In this document: positions 1 to 11,976 of the stretch, piece after piece
Layout of the letters: every line of letters begins with the position of its first letter
Numbering within the stretch: position 1 is the first letter of the stretch
Assembly (NCBI GenBank): GCA_951406725.2
Contig: OX597825.1
Span: forward strand, 44,082,001-44,146,000
Length of the DNA stretch: 64,000 bases
Direction of reading: 5' to 3'
Source: Octopus vulgaris
Lineage: Eukaryota
The notes under the pieces: model-generated
Databases searched by the model: none
What the model saw: only the letters and a program-made list of their open reading frames with translations
Told to the model about the DNA's origin: nothing
Translations under genes and position numbers: made by a program

Positions 1-38
1 TATGTATATATATATATATGTATATATATATGTGTATG

Positions 39-75
<37 letters not shown>

Positions 76-184
76 GTATATATATATATGTATATGTATA
101 TATGTATATATATATATGTATATATGTATATATATATATATATGTATATATATGTATGTATATATATGTATATATATATATATT
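1..184. repeat. (TA)n/(TATG)n microsatellite
   Basis: Direct read of the sequence; the YI-repeat ORFs are artefacts. Confidence 0.95.
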
Positions 185-1007
185 TAATGAAATGGATAAA
201 TAAATTATCTTGTTACGGATTATTCAAAATTTAACCGATACCTGTGTAGCAAAAATCACACCAGAAAAGACACGGTTGAGGTTACGACCATGGAGTTTCG
301 CCCCGTGCTTTAGCGCGGATAATTGAAGTTTTATATATTTAGTGAAGGGAAGAAATGGAGCCGAACGAAGATTCTACAAAATTCCTTTTTATTATTTTCT
401 ACACATGTTTCAAAGGCTGCAAATTCCCAAATTCAGATTGAATAAGGAGACCATTCTGCAGCTTTCTCTTCAGGAAAATCCAGGAATTTAAAATCTCAAA
501 ACAAATGCGCAGCAAGCTTTTCGAACAAAACGCTCCCTAGGAGCCCATGGTAAAAATGGCACAAAACTGTCTCTCAATATGCGCTGACGTCAGAGTGGGT
601 GAAGGCCCGACGAAAAAATCCGTTGGAATAAACCTAGGTCAAACCACGGTCAAATCAGGTAGGGGAAGAATCACAGAAAACCCAAAGAGTGTGAATATAT
701 TCTGTATAACTAGTGTTAATGTTCAAATTGTTTTAAGCATGACAGCTATCTTATTTGGGTGTGAGGAACTACCTACTTGTATGTATGTGTGTATGCACCT
801 ATGTATGTGTGGCAGTATGTTAGGAAGCAGCTAGAGAAAAAATATATTGTATTGTAGGCATTGTTGGTCAAGCGGCTGATAAAATTCTGTGTCTGTGTGT
901 TCGTCTATGACCAGTTTATCTACAGATGACTTGTCAAAAAACAGGGGAGTTATTGTTACGATATTGTTTCTAAAAAAAGTAGCAGAACATACGCTAAAAG
1001 GGGAGTA
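185..1007 (-). mobile_element. Inverted pseudo-LTR / 3' region of the adjacent Penelope-like element
   Basis: 970-1007 (TAAAAAAAGTAGCAGAACATACGCTAAAAGGGGAGTAA) is the reverse complement of 1881-1918, just downstream of the GIY-YIG ORF. The segment contains an HHR. A related copy lies at ~42790-43030. Confidence 0.7.
394..479 (-). ncRNA. Type I hammerhead ribozyme
   Basis: Minus strand reads ATTTTC-CTGAAGA-GAAAGCTGCA...TGCAGCCTTT-GAAAC-ATGT-GTA-GAAAAT. Stems I, II and III and the full core are present; cleavage triplet GUA. Confidence 0.8.
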
Positions 1008-1008
1008 A

Positions 1009-1785
1009 AGGATTAATAAAAATAAGAATAATGGTAATAGAACCAGCACAGAGATTAGCAATCCCCATACCAGGCATGGAGTTAATAATAGGAATAATGA
1101 TAGGAGCAATGGTGACGACTCTAACGTTAGTAATCGGAATAGGGATGAGAGCACTGTCCGAGTCATTAATGTAGAGAGTCCCAATATCAATTTTAGCAAC
1201 GGGTTTGACAAAAGTAGCATCACGGACATTAGCAATCACAGCGATCTCAGTGGCAGGGAATATATAGGTGATATTCCATTAAATAGTATTGATAATGGGG
1301 TGTATAATGTCGAAGACAGCCGTAGTTCTCACAATCATAATAGTAATAAGAACGCCGTGTTAATATCGGAAGCCAATCCCAATAGAATAAGGTTCTTATC
1401 TAGTAATTCCAAGATTAGAAATGCCATTTACCAATGCAGAGTTTATACTGGATCGGATGTCTACTCGTATATTGGAGCGTCATCATCAAAATTGGCCGTG
1501 AGAATATCGAACCGCTTCACAACTTTTCGCGATTTTAGAAAACAACACGCTACCGGACTAAGTAAATTAATCTGGCGTTTGAAGAACGTGAATTCAGCAT
1601 TTAGACTGGAATGGTCGATTTTATCGGTGGCTGTACCGTTTGATAGGGGCAAAAGAATCTGTAATCTCTGTAACTCTGAACTTTTTCACATTTTGTTCGC
1701 CCGAGGGCAGCTAGTGAACGGGATTTTGCAACACTCTTTCAGATGTCCCCACTGGAGGCGACTGACATTTCTTGCATACAATTGA
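1009..1785 (+). mobile_element. 5'-truncated Penelope-like element ORF: N/S/D-rich linker plus GIY-YIG endonuclease
   Basis: Frame is open from 1009 to the stop at 1785. AIYQC..YIG..R..LSKLIWRLK..WSIL..CNLC..E..CPH matches the PLE GIY-YIG pattern. Confidence 0.85.
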
Positions 1786-1920
1786 AGCCTAAGATAATTA
1801 ACACCTTGATGTCATAAGAAAAGAAAAAATTGTTTGGAAGAAATTTGGAAAAAATTTTGAATTAAATTTGAAAGGGGAAATTACTCCCCTTTTAGCGTAT
1901 GTTCTGCTACTTTTTTTAGA

Positions 1921-2190
1921 AGGCCACGGGTTATGGACTCACTTGTCCTGCCGGGTCCTCTCGCGCACAGCACACTTCCAGAGGTCTCGGTCTCTAGTCA
2001 TTTCCTCAGTGAGACCTAAAGTTCGAAGGTCGTGCTTCACCACCATGTCCCAGGTTTTCCTGGGTCTACCTCTTCCACAGGTTCCCTCAACCGCTAGGGT
2101 GTGGCACTTTTTCACACAACTATCTTCATCCATTCTCGCCACATGACCATACCAGTGCAAACGTCTCTCTTGCACACCACAACTGATGCT
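1921..2190 (-). mobile_element. RTE-clade LINE 3' ORF fragment
   Basis: RRLHWYGHVARM...GRGRPRKTW...DRDLWK is an RTE C-terminus; homologous to 21350-21568. Confidence 0.85.
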
Positions 2191-2325
2191 TCATATGTAT
2201 ATATATATATATAGACCATCAACGATCAAACTACAAGGAAATTCTCTAGAGGAAAAATACAGCGAACACCAGAACCAACTTTGGCGGGCATGACAGATGA
2301 AAATTTATATAAAAGACAGAATTAA

Positions 2326-2398
2326 ATGCATACCTTGGTTTCAGCCTTAACAAGAGAATTACTTACGTAATTCAAATGTCCGTGCTTCTTCAGTGCAT
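2326..2398 (-). ncRNA. Type I hammerhead ribozyme
   Basis: ATGCA-CTGAAGA-AGC...GCT-GAAAC-CAAG-GTA-TGCAT. Confidence 0.75.
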
Positions 2399-2849
2399 CC
2401 GTTCATTGTAATGTAAACGGTGAAACTAACCCCAGCTTTCGTGCCAGTACAGACACGTGTGTAGTTTCACTGATTACACTAGTGATAAAATTTCAAATGT
2501 CTTGGTTCTGGCGCGCTAGTAAATTTCTGGGGCAACGGGCTGCAGTAAATAATTCACTGCGGTTGGTGCTTAGTACTAGAGAACGTATTTATTTCAATAT
2601 TTAAATAATGAGGGAGATAAATTAATATTAATTTTAATATCAATTTAAGACCAGTAGTCCAGCATACAAAAATCTGAGAAGTCAGAGAAAATTCTAATAT
2701 ATGTGTATATTGGCAGGGCTAACTGCTAGGGAGTCGGCCGTATGCTAGAAATAGACCATCAATGATCAAACTACAAGGAAATACAGTGAACACCAGAACC
2801 AACTTTGGCGGGCATGACAGATGAAAATTTATATAAAAAACAGAATTAA

Positions 2850-2922
2850 ATGCATACCTCGGTTTCACCCTTAACAAGAGAATTACTTATGTAATTCAAA
2901 TGTCCATGCTTCTTCAGTGCAT
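2850..2922 (-). ncRNA. Type I hammerhead ribozyme (second tandem copy)
   Basis: ATGCA-CTGAAGA-AGC...GGT-GAAAC-CGAG-GTA-TGCAT; one mismatch in stem II. Confidence 0.7.
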
Positions 2923-3012
2923 CCGTTCATTGTAATGTAAACGGTGAAACTAACCCCAGCTTTCGTGCCAGTACAGACACGTGTGTAGTTTCACTGATTA
3001 CACTAGTGATTA

Positions 3013-3049
<37 letters not shown>

Positions 3050-3050
3050 A

Positions 3051-3091
<41 letters not shown>

Positions 3092-3109
3092 AATTATATA
3101 TATATATCA

Positions 3110-3340
3110 ACAATTACAGCGTGGAAGGTGTTTGTAAGCCATTTAAGAAACACAAAAGCCGTTCGATTCACTTCAACATTTAAGTTTAATTTGTCAAAAT
3201 ATTTTCGTCGCTTTAAGACCGCGACCTGTTCACTGACAAAAATCCGTGCTGCATCTCAGATTTTTGTCAGTGCTGCATCACGGATTTTCGTCACTGAACA
3301 GATCGCAGTCTTAAAGCGACGAAAATATTTTGACAAATTA
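3110..3340. mobile_element. Short element with ~60 bp inverted arms containing variant HHRs
   Basis: 3187-3248 is inverted relative to 3279-3340. The 3110-3180 part recurs at ~41738-41810. Confidence 0.7.
3190..3240 (-). ncRNA. Variant hammerhead-like motif with G3:C8 core
   Basis: TTTGTCA-GTGAACA-G-GTCGC...GCGAC-GAAA-ATAT-TT-TGACAAA. The mirror copy at 3287-3337 (+) has CTGAACA. Confidence 0.55.
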
Positions 3341-3999
3341 TAGGTATAATTATAGAGTATAGGTTAAAGATATACAAACTAAAATGTAAACATATTAATA
3401 GTGATTGTTTTGTTAAATAGTTTGGTAATTAAATATTAGAGTATAGGTTAAAGATATTCTATAGTTTATTAATGTTTTTAAGCTAAATTATATCTTCACA
3501 GATAAATACATTTTTCTATCTATTTACTCTATTTTTTTACCTTAAATATTTAACAATAAATGTATTGTAGGAAACCGATCCTAATGTTTTAAGTTTCAAA
3601 TTTAGTTAATGGAGTTTCTTCTATTAGAAAAATCATTATTTCATTTATTTTTTTAATAAATATTATTTAACTCTATTTGCTTATTTAACTATTATTGAAG
3701 ATTGACTATAATTTTAAATTGAATTCATTTTGATTATATTTAAATTTAATTATAGCCATGAAACGTACGTAGTTTTTTTACTTATTAGATATTGATTATT
3801 CATTTTTATACTTTTTGTGATCTAGTTATATGTTTTATAAAAATATATTTTATTTGTTATTTATGTTTTGGTTTATATCTATCATTGTTTGGATTGCATA
3901 ATAGTGGTTTTATCTCTAATTTATATTTCATATTGTGAAATTTGATTTAATACTAAATTGAATTTTTCCCTGTAACTTTGGAGTTATACTCCCTAATAT

Positions 4000-4055
<56 letters not shown>

Positions 4056-4083
4056 AAATGTATAGGGTACATTTATAATTATG

Positions 4084-4185
4084 GCACAAAAGCTATTATG
4101 CCTATATACTGAAAGAACACATTGAATATGTCCTACCTCGTATTCAGTGTGTTCTTTCAGTATATAGGCATAATAGCTTTTGTGC
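4084..4185. repeat. Near-perfect ~45 bp-arm hairpin
   Basis: GCACAAAAGCTATTATGCCTATATACTGAAAGAACAC is followed by its reverse complement. Confidence 0.85.
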
Positions 4186-4330
4186 TCTTCAGTATAATTG
4201 TACCCTGTACTGTTATATAGCTCTGTAAATGTATTTTACCTAAAAGGATTTTATATGCTACCCACTGATAAAATTTATTAATTTTAATGATTTTATCTTC
4301 TAATTATGTTATATATATATAGATATATAT

Positions 4331-4375
<45 letters not shown>

Positions 4376-4379
<4 letters not shown>

Positions 4380-4876
4380 TTGAATTGAACCAGTTTCAGC
4401 TCACGAGCTGTGGTCATGCTGGGGCACTACCATTTGGTGTTGCTACATAATTTTTACTTCACTAGTTCTTTTTAGAACTTGACATTTGTTGCATGAAGGA
4501 ATTTCATGACTGCCCTCATCTGCACTTCCTGCTGTTAAGTCTGTTGATCTGCAACTCTTGACAGTAAGAGATCCAGTTTTTTTTTGAAGACATCTATATC
4601 CACTGCATGTAGGTCTCTCAGGTCCTTCAGAGGAATATTGAAGAGCTGTGTGCCTTTAAAGCCCAGGCTATTGCAATATCTTGTCCTATATTTTGATGGC
4701 AAAGTTGGGGTCTTTGACACTATGCAGCAATGCCCTGTTCTAGCATTAGTGTAACTCTCAATGCCAAAGTTTCAGATATGTCCCTCCAGGATCTTCCAAA
4801 TGCATGTTACAGCATGTCTTTCCCACCTACACTCCAGGAAATAGAGTTTCAATCTCTTGAGTCTTTCCCAATAGCT
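4376..4876 (-). mobile_element. CR1/L2-group LINE 3' fragment (same family as 16840-19670)
   Basis: TRYCNSLGFKGTQLFNI...DLHAVDIDVFK matches the end of ORF 18544-19578; same 3' UTR. Confidence 0.85.
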
Positions 4877-5510
4877 TTCAATATGGCTGTAAAGACAATT
4901 ATAGGTAGAGAATTCTTAAAATTAGTCACCAGACATCTTCAACCTGACCATAAGTTTTATAGAATATTTCATAGAACTCTTAAGATTAGCTAATCTTGCT
5001 GCAAAAACTTTGCCTCTTTTATTAACCAACACAACAGTAGGATAATTGCTAACAATCATAGTGCTGGTTCTCTTCTTAAAAATTGTAATTGCAAAGATGG
5101 GTCCCCCTGTCTATTGGAAGAAAAATGTCTGGAGAAAAGAATCGTGTATAGAGCCAAGGTGCAGATAGAAGGCTCACGCGAAAATAGAACTTATACAGGG
5201 GCTTCTGAAAATTCTTTCAAAACCCGTCTTTATTCGCATAAAAATTCCTTCAGATACCCCAAAAATAGGACGAAGACTAACCTGGCAAAATATGTCTGGG
5301 AATTAAAAGAAAAAGAAGCCCAACCTTTGAACGTGACATGGAGTATTTTGGATAGAGCTTCACCCTACAGCACAGTGCACATAAAAGACCCATCAAATGT
5401 GATTTATGCCTGCTGGAAAAATAATTCATTTTATTCCAGGACAATAACTCTTTAAATCAAAGAAGCGAACTCTTGAATTCCTGCAGGCACACAGCTAAAT
5501 TTGAAATGTT
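4877..5510 (+). mobile_element. Decayed Penelope-like element C-terminus (linker, CNC..C, GIY-YIG)
   Basis: VKTIIGREFLKLV..H..HKF..IF...KIS, then CNC..PC, IVYRAKV..YTG..FKTR..H..LAKYVWELK..WSIL; interrupted by a stop and a frameshift. Confidence 0.85.
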
Positions 5511-7254
5511 GGTTAGCAACATACCATATGGATAGTGTATATTTTTAATTCTTGGACTAGTTTTTAATCCCACTGTTGAATTTGTTTCTTATTATGCATG
5601 ATTTATTTTGCATCGCAAAGTTATTGTATATAATTCAACATATTTCATAAGAAAAACTTTCTACTGTTATATGCAAATATTACTTTCTTGTTTAAGATTC
5701 TATTTTTATTCTATTTCATTTTATTGTATTTTATAAACCCATTTTAATCGTTTAATTCATAGATAATTCAATATAGGGTGTTCTATTTTGCATACCTTTT
5801 ATCCGAATTTTATTATTATGCATTCAGCAATTTTTAAAAATAATGTTGTGTGTATATATACGTCAGGACCTAGACATGTTTTTATGTGGATGTTTGTATT
5901 GTTGGCATGCATATATATTCGTATGTATGCGTCTATGTATATGTGTAAGTAAGCGTATATTCTTATACTTGTGCACATACATACATGGATGTATATGTAT
6001 GCATGTATTCATGTGGATTTGTGTGGATGTGTATTTACGTACTTATTTCCATATATTTATATACATGTTCTTATATGTGTACTTATTGCTAATATACACT
6101 TTTGTATACACATGTATACGTGATTTTATTTTGTGTATGTTCGTTACACATCTTTCTTTCTTTATTTCTTTTCCTTCCTTACGGAAAGTATTTTATCTTC
6201 CCCTATTTGTTACTTGCATAGAGTCTTGGCGTGCCTCTCCCCACTTCTCTCACTTACCTCTTTCTCTCGCTAACTGTTACTTCCTTACTTTGCTTTTTCT
6301 TTCTTCCTCTCTGCATTTTAAAATTTACTTCTCGTCTATATGTATACACCAAATGATTTTTGCATGCATATGTATACATATGTATATATGTATTTGTGTG
6401 TATATTTACGTCTTACATATATATGTCTGCATATGTATGTAGTCTGTGTATATCCATCTGTATATTTTGATGTATCTCTTATTATAAAAGGCAGATTTTA
6501 TCTGCCTACCTTTGTCACTTATAGAAATCTACAATATAGGATTTCTTCAATTACAATTTACCTAGCATTTTTAAGAGTAGAATGCATCGGGTTTTGCCAG
6601 GTCCAGTTTTTAAAATTTAAACTCCAATTAAGCAAAATTTACAGAAAACTCACATTCTGGTGTGTATGTCAAATGCTTTTCTTAGTCTGGTTTACAGCAC
6701 ACACAAACGCACACACACAGTGTGCAACGAATAAAGTGAAACTAGATGTAATATTTGTTTCTGTCTATCACGCTGATAGATACATGAGTAAAATGTATGG
6801 CAAGCTAACAGATAAGAGTGAGTGAAAATGTTCTTGGAAGAGAGTAAATAGCGACAGAGTGATTTGAGGAAGACTAAACTGAAAGTATGAAACAGTGTTT
6901 ATGTATAAACAGACGACACTTATATAAACCCTTTCGTTACCAAACCGCTCGAATTTACCTATTCATATTTAAATGAGAATATCAGAGTAAATCTCTTTAG
7001 TACATTCGTGAAAACACGTATTATACTTCGTAAACACTTCAAATACAGTTTTGTACAAAAGTCGAAGTGTAATTTTAATTCCGTGAATTATGGGAGATTT
7101 TTTTCCGAAATTTGTCCCTATTGTGTCTTCAAAATTTGTAATTCTGACAAAAAATGGATACGAATTTCATTATATCAAGCAGCGAGTCAGAATTCGAAGG
7201 ATTTTCTACTGAAGACCTTCATAAATCTAACTCTATGACTGAAAAAAAAAAGCA

Positions 7255-7647
7255 TCTTTATATAAGAGTGAAGTTGTGTGTCTTTCTCCTACGATTTAGA
7301 TTCGTAACTACTCCCACATTTTGCGGTGCAGTTTAACCAAAAGCGGGTATCTTATAGTCGTGATTCATATCGAGCCCTTCTGGGTATAGCGCGCGTCTAC
7401 GATGAGTCTACGATTTAAAAAAATTTACCATCATATTTTTCCATTTTAATGCATTTTTTCGCTTTTATATAAGGGAAGTAACTCTCTAAAAATATCTACG
7501 ATGTGTCAACGATTTAAAAAAAAAATTTACCTTAATTTTTTTTCAATTTTTAATGCATTTTTTTGCTATTTTTTGGCTATAACTCTCTAAAAATGCTTAT
7601 ATAGTTATTTCCCTTACAACCCGAGCAACGCCGGGCGATACTGCTAG
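7255..7647 (+). mobile_element. Non-autonomous Helitron
   Basis: 5' TC(TTTATATA), 3' hairpin CCCGAGCAACGCCGGG followed by CTAG, inserted between A and T. Confidence 0.8.
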
Positions 7648-7985
7648 TATATGTATATTGATGGTTTAGTATGCGTATATACTGTTGCAATATATTTATG
7701 TAATGCAGCGTGAAAATTTTAATTTTTAATGTATTAATTGTATTAATCGAATTATATTTCATATATAATTATTTGCAATCCATATTTTGAATCCACTCTT
7801 CGATTTAAGGTTTTTCCTCGATTTTTATAATAGGATGAATTTATATTGAATTCATTTATTTTGTTTATTTTGTTCATTGCATGCTTAAGACCATTATTTG
7901 AAAGGACCAATGAAACAAATCCATTTTTAAAGGTGTATCCTTTAACTAGTTTTGATATCATTATTTCTGTTCTATTTTAACAAAA

Positions 7986-8023
7986 CTGTCTGACAAACGG
8001 GAATGTGAAACTCTGAGTAACAG
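7986..8023 (+). ncRNA. Minimal type I HHR with G8>A change
   Basis: CTGT-CTGACAA-ACG GGAA TGT-GAAAC TCTGA GTA-ACAG, followed by AATAAA and a TA tract. Confidence 0.6.
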
Positions 8024-8084
8024 CTTTTGTTATATTTCTGCTGCTTTTAAATAAAGCATATATATATATGTATATATACACACA

Positions 8085-8840
8085 AAAATACAGTGTACAT
8101 ATAAACACATAAGAGATGGTCATAACAGGCCATCTGACTTGCTAGAAAGAGTAGTTAAACTACAAACCACTAATAGTTGTAATTCTGAAAGGGAATGAAA
8201 ATTAAATACATTTACCTTATATTTCCTGAACTATGCATAGTTTCGAGCAAACTTTTGTAAATAAAATAATTTACAATTGGCGAAGCTCTCTTCAGCAGGT
8301 AGCCAAGGCTAACATATAGATATGAGACGATAAAGAACATGCCTTGTGTTTATGTTACAATTTTTCAAAATCCACCGCGCACACACAGTTTTTTCGGCAA
8401 CAAATACAAGTGCCGATTTTCTTTCAAAATTAGTCAAAGAACCTTTTATCATTAATTAATAAATCTTAGGGTAGCAAAAAACTTTAGAAAAATTCTTTGC
8501 TGCCAGTGGTCTAGCGAGAAGAAAAAATGAGTCAATAGACTATATATTAATCATATAAAAAAACAGCGTACATTTAAACATTTAAAAAAAGATGGTCATA
8601 ACAGGCTATCTGACTCACTAGAAAGAGTAGTTAAACTACAAACCACTAATAGTTGTAATTCTGAAAGGGAATGAAAAATAAAAACACTTAACCTATCTTT
8701 TATGGCCATTTCTTATGTGTTTAAATGTACACTGTATTTTATATGAATGATATATAGTCTATTGACTAATTTTTTCTTCTCGCTAGACGACTGGTAGCAA
8801 AGAAGTTTTCTAAATTTTGCTACCCTAAGATTTATTAATT
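8085..8840. mobile_element. HHR element with partial tandem and inverted duplications
   Basis: ~8112-8217 is repeated at ~8590-8693; ~8452-8600 is inverted at ~8700-8840. Confidence 0.75.
8225..8299 (-). ncRNA. Type I hammerhead ribozyme
   Basis: CCTG-CTGAAGA-GAGC...GCTC-GAA-ACTATGCATAGT-T-CAGG; 12-nt palindromic stem III. Confidence 0.8.
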
Positions 8841-8873
8841 ATATATATATACATGTATACACATACATACATA

Positions 8874-8913
<40 letters not shown>

Positions 8914-9011
8914 TACATACATACTTGTATTTTGCCGCCAGGCTGAAACATGTAGAAATTCGATCAGGAAGTCTGCTTTCTTATCCACATGTTTTGATAT
9001 ATGTATATATA

Positions 9012-9051
<40 letters not shown>

Positions 9052-10142
9052 AGTATATATATACCTATATATGTGTATATATAAATATGCATACACACAC
9101 ACATAGATATATACATTCACACACACATACACATGAGTTTGTGTGTCATATATAATCCTTTTTGGGAACATTTGCTCTTCAGGCACATCACATAAAACTG
9201 TAAATAATAGCATGTAAATATTGAGTTGAAAAGGTCAAAGGTTGCCAGGGCTCCATGAAAAAATTGAGGCCTGTCCTCTCTTGATATCATGGGTGACAAC
9301 CAATTTGGCTATGGGTTCTAATCTGGTTACCATCATCATTAATGTATCACTGGCAAATTAGCTTGGGAGCATCCATTCCTCTTCGAACTATTAGCCCAAC
9401 CATATGCTTCTACCTGAGATATGCTTTTGCCCCAAACACTAGGTCATTGACTCCTGTTAACACCATCCCTTTGTTTCGTTCAACTGAAGTGGGGTACTGG
9501 TGTATGGTGGTAGGAGCCAGCAAGTGAGAGACTAGGAGTTGAATAAAGGCAAGTGATCCCTGTCCATCTGACCATCCATGGCAAAGTGCATCCAACAGAC
9601 ACCAAAGTGTCTATTCACTCCCCCTACAACCCATAATGTTGTTAAGGTATTGAAATAAAATTTGAAACGCACAAAGATTATTTATCCTCCTTACAACATC
9701 ATTTGTCATGACATTGGAATTTTTAATTGTCTGTGATGGTGTAAATTTCATTTAAGGCGAAGTTTATAGAGAATTGGAAAGAATGCCTTTTAGCATTTGT
9801 TTCTTTTTAGATTGATAAAATATCAGGCCAATACTGGAGTTTTCCACTTCTTTGTCCCTATTGCACTTTCTCACTTTTTCAGTGCCAAAGATGTATATGT
9901 CTTGATGGTGCCCCTAAAACCCCATCAGTATTGAGGCTCAAGACCAACAAGTTGCACTTGCATTTAAGATGGTCCTATGTGCTGTTGTGTCACAAGATAA
10001 GATAACGTTTAGTCTCTACTTTCTCCAGAATTACTCTAGGATGCATTAACTTCTATTTTTATTTAGCTACTAAACCTGATTAACCTTGTTTTTCATGGAT
10101 ATATTCTGACCATTAATCTTTCTTCTTTTTCTCTGCTTTCAG

Positions 10143-10426
10143 ATGACCCGATGATGTATTTGCTGCTTCCAGTACTTCTTCCAATGTTTATTATTGTATG
10201 TATTATCCGTGGTCTTGGTCATACAGGGGCTGGAAGTATGTGGTCAACAATTGGTGGCCCAGGATGCAATTCTACAGATCCAGATTCTCCCACACAATCT
10301 TCTTCATTGCCCTCTCCTTCTTCATCATCACTGTTTGGGGACAGATCTCTTCCTGGGAGCAGTAGTAGCTGCAGCAGTCAGGATGCCAGCTGTGATAATA
10401 CACCTAAACTGAGGAAAAAACGGTAG
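10143..10426 (+). CDS. Candidate terminal coding exon of an unidentified host gene (TM segment, Ser-rich tail, basic C-terminus)
   Basis: Strong polypyrimidine tract and AG at 10119-10142. Non-repetitive ORF DPMMYLLLPVLLPMFIIVCIIRG...KLRKKR*, with AATAAA right after the stop. Confidence 0.5.
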
Positions 10427-11198
10427 TCAATAAATAAAAAAGAAAAAAATTAGCAAAAACATTATATTAAGAAACAGGAAAATATAAAAACTGTATATAA
10501 GTACATATATGCATACTTACACACACACACATAAACACATATATGCACACTCACACATATATATGTTTATTAAGTGCCTATTAAAGTGCATGACATGTAA
10601 CCAATGAGTTAGAACACCATGTGAAACATTATACTCCAAAATGGAATCCTGGAAAGAAAATTTGTGTTATGTAAAATTTCATGTTATAAGTTTACTAGTC
10701 ATAATGGCCCCGTAATATGGATACAAAGTATAAAACTGGAGAATTTTATTTGAAATTATTTAATTACAAATCTTTACACATTTTGTTGACAACCATAAAA
10801 TGGTTCTGAAAGAGTGAATTTACACAATCTTTTATCAATCAACGTTTCATCAGAAGTTCTTGTTGAGTACTGAAGAATATTGCTTAGTATCACTAAGAAT
10901 TTATAGTAGTTCTGATATTTTAGAGGAGAGGGATATATGAAACATATTAAACAAATTAGTAAATGAGAGTTGTGAAGAAAATGAACAAATTGACATTGGC
11001 AGGGATCAAAATCTATAATAAAGACATAATAGCAATTTCAACAATTAAAACAACATGAATAGCAGAAATGGATAGGTTTCTTGATATGTCTCTATGAATG
11101 TTTGTATGCACATAGTCTCACACACAAACACACACTCACATGTATATATCACACATATTTATATTGCACACATGCACTCACACACAAGTATATAGATA

Positions 11199-11313
11199 GA
11201 TGGCTTATGTTTAAGATGTGTGCCCCAAAGCAAGCTGTTTTAGGCTCAGTCACACAGCATGGCATCTTGGGCAAGTACCTTATACTATAGGGCCTAGGCC
11301 AACAGAAGCTGTG
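11199..11313 (+). mobile_element. Degenerate SINE 5' part (family of 56110-56470)
   Basis: GGCATCTTGGGCAAGT...TACTATAG...GGCCAAC similarity. Confidence 0.5.
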
Positions 11314-11826
11314 TAACTATATATGTAGAAAGAATATGAAAGAACATTATATAACACACACACACACAATGCATATGCGTATGCATGTATGCGTGAGTGG
11401 GTTGTGTTAATTTTTTTTCTTTATGTTTCTTGTTCACTTCATGCCTTAAAAGATGTGTGGAATGAAAATCCCTATACTTGAAAGACATGTAAAGGTCTGG
11501 CAACTGGAAGGGAAAACAGTTGTAAAATAATGTTTTAATATTTGTCTTATCTAAGAAACCATGAACAAAATACACTTAAAAATTAATGGAAGCATAAATA
11601 TTTTTTAAACGTATATACAAACATACACACACATATACTGTTTATATTTATATATATATAGACATGTGCATATATGTAAACATGCATACATTTATACATG
11701 TAAACACACACACACACAAATATACACATGCATATATATGTATATATATGTGTGTGTCATCATCATCATCATCATTTAATGTCTGCCTTCCTTGTTAGCA
11801 TGGGTGGGGCAATATAGATATATACA

Positions 11827-11865
<39 letters not shown>

Positions 11866-11877
11866 ATATATAGGTAT

Positions 11878-11976
<99 letters not shown>

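Larger units (their letters stand above)
2211..3010 (-). mobile_element. Partial tandem repeat (~524-540 bp unit) carrying two HHRs; retrozyme/pLTR-like
   Basis: 2211-2486 is repeated at 2751-3010, and the element is flanked by TA tracts. Confidence 0.75.

Noticed and set aside
6927-7240. AACCCTTTCGTTACC end and an SSSESEFEGFS peptide suggesting a DNA transposon
   Set aside because: No matching second TIR was found; evidence is too thin.
9215-9660. More complex sequence with short ORFs
   Set aside because: No recognisable motif or splice structure.
10840-10856. CTGATGAAACGT on the minus strand
   Set aside because: No stem II or stem I; likely chance.
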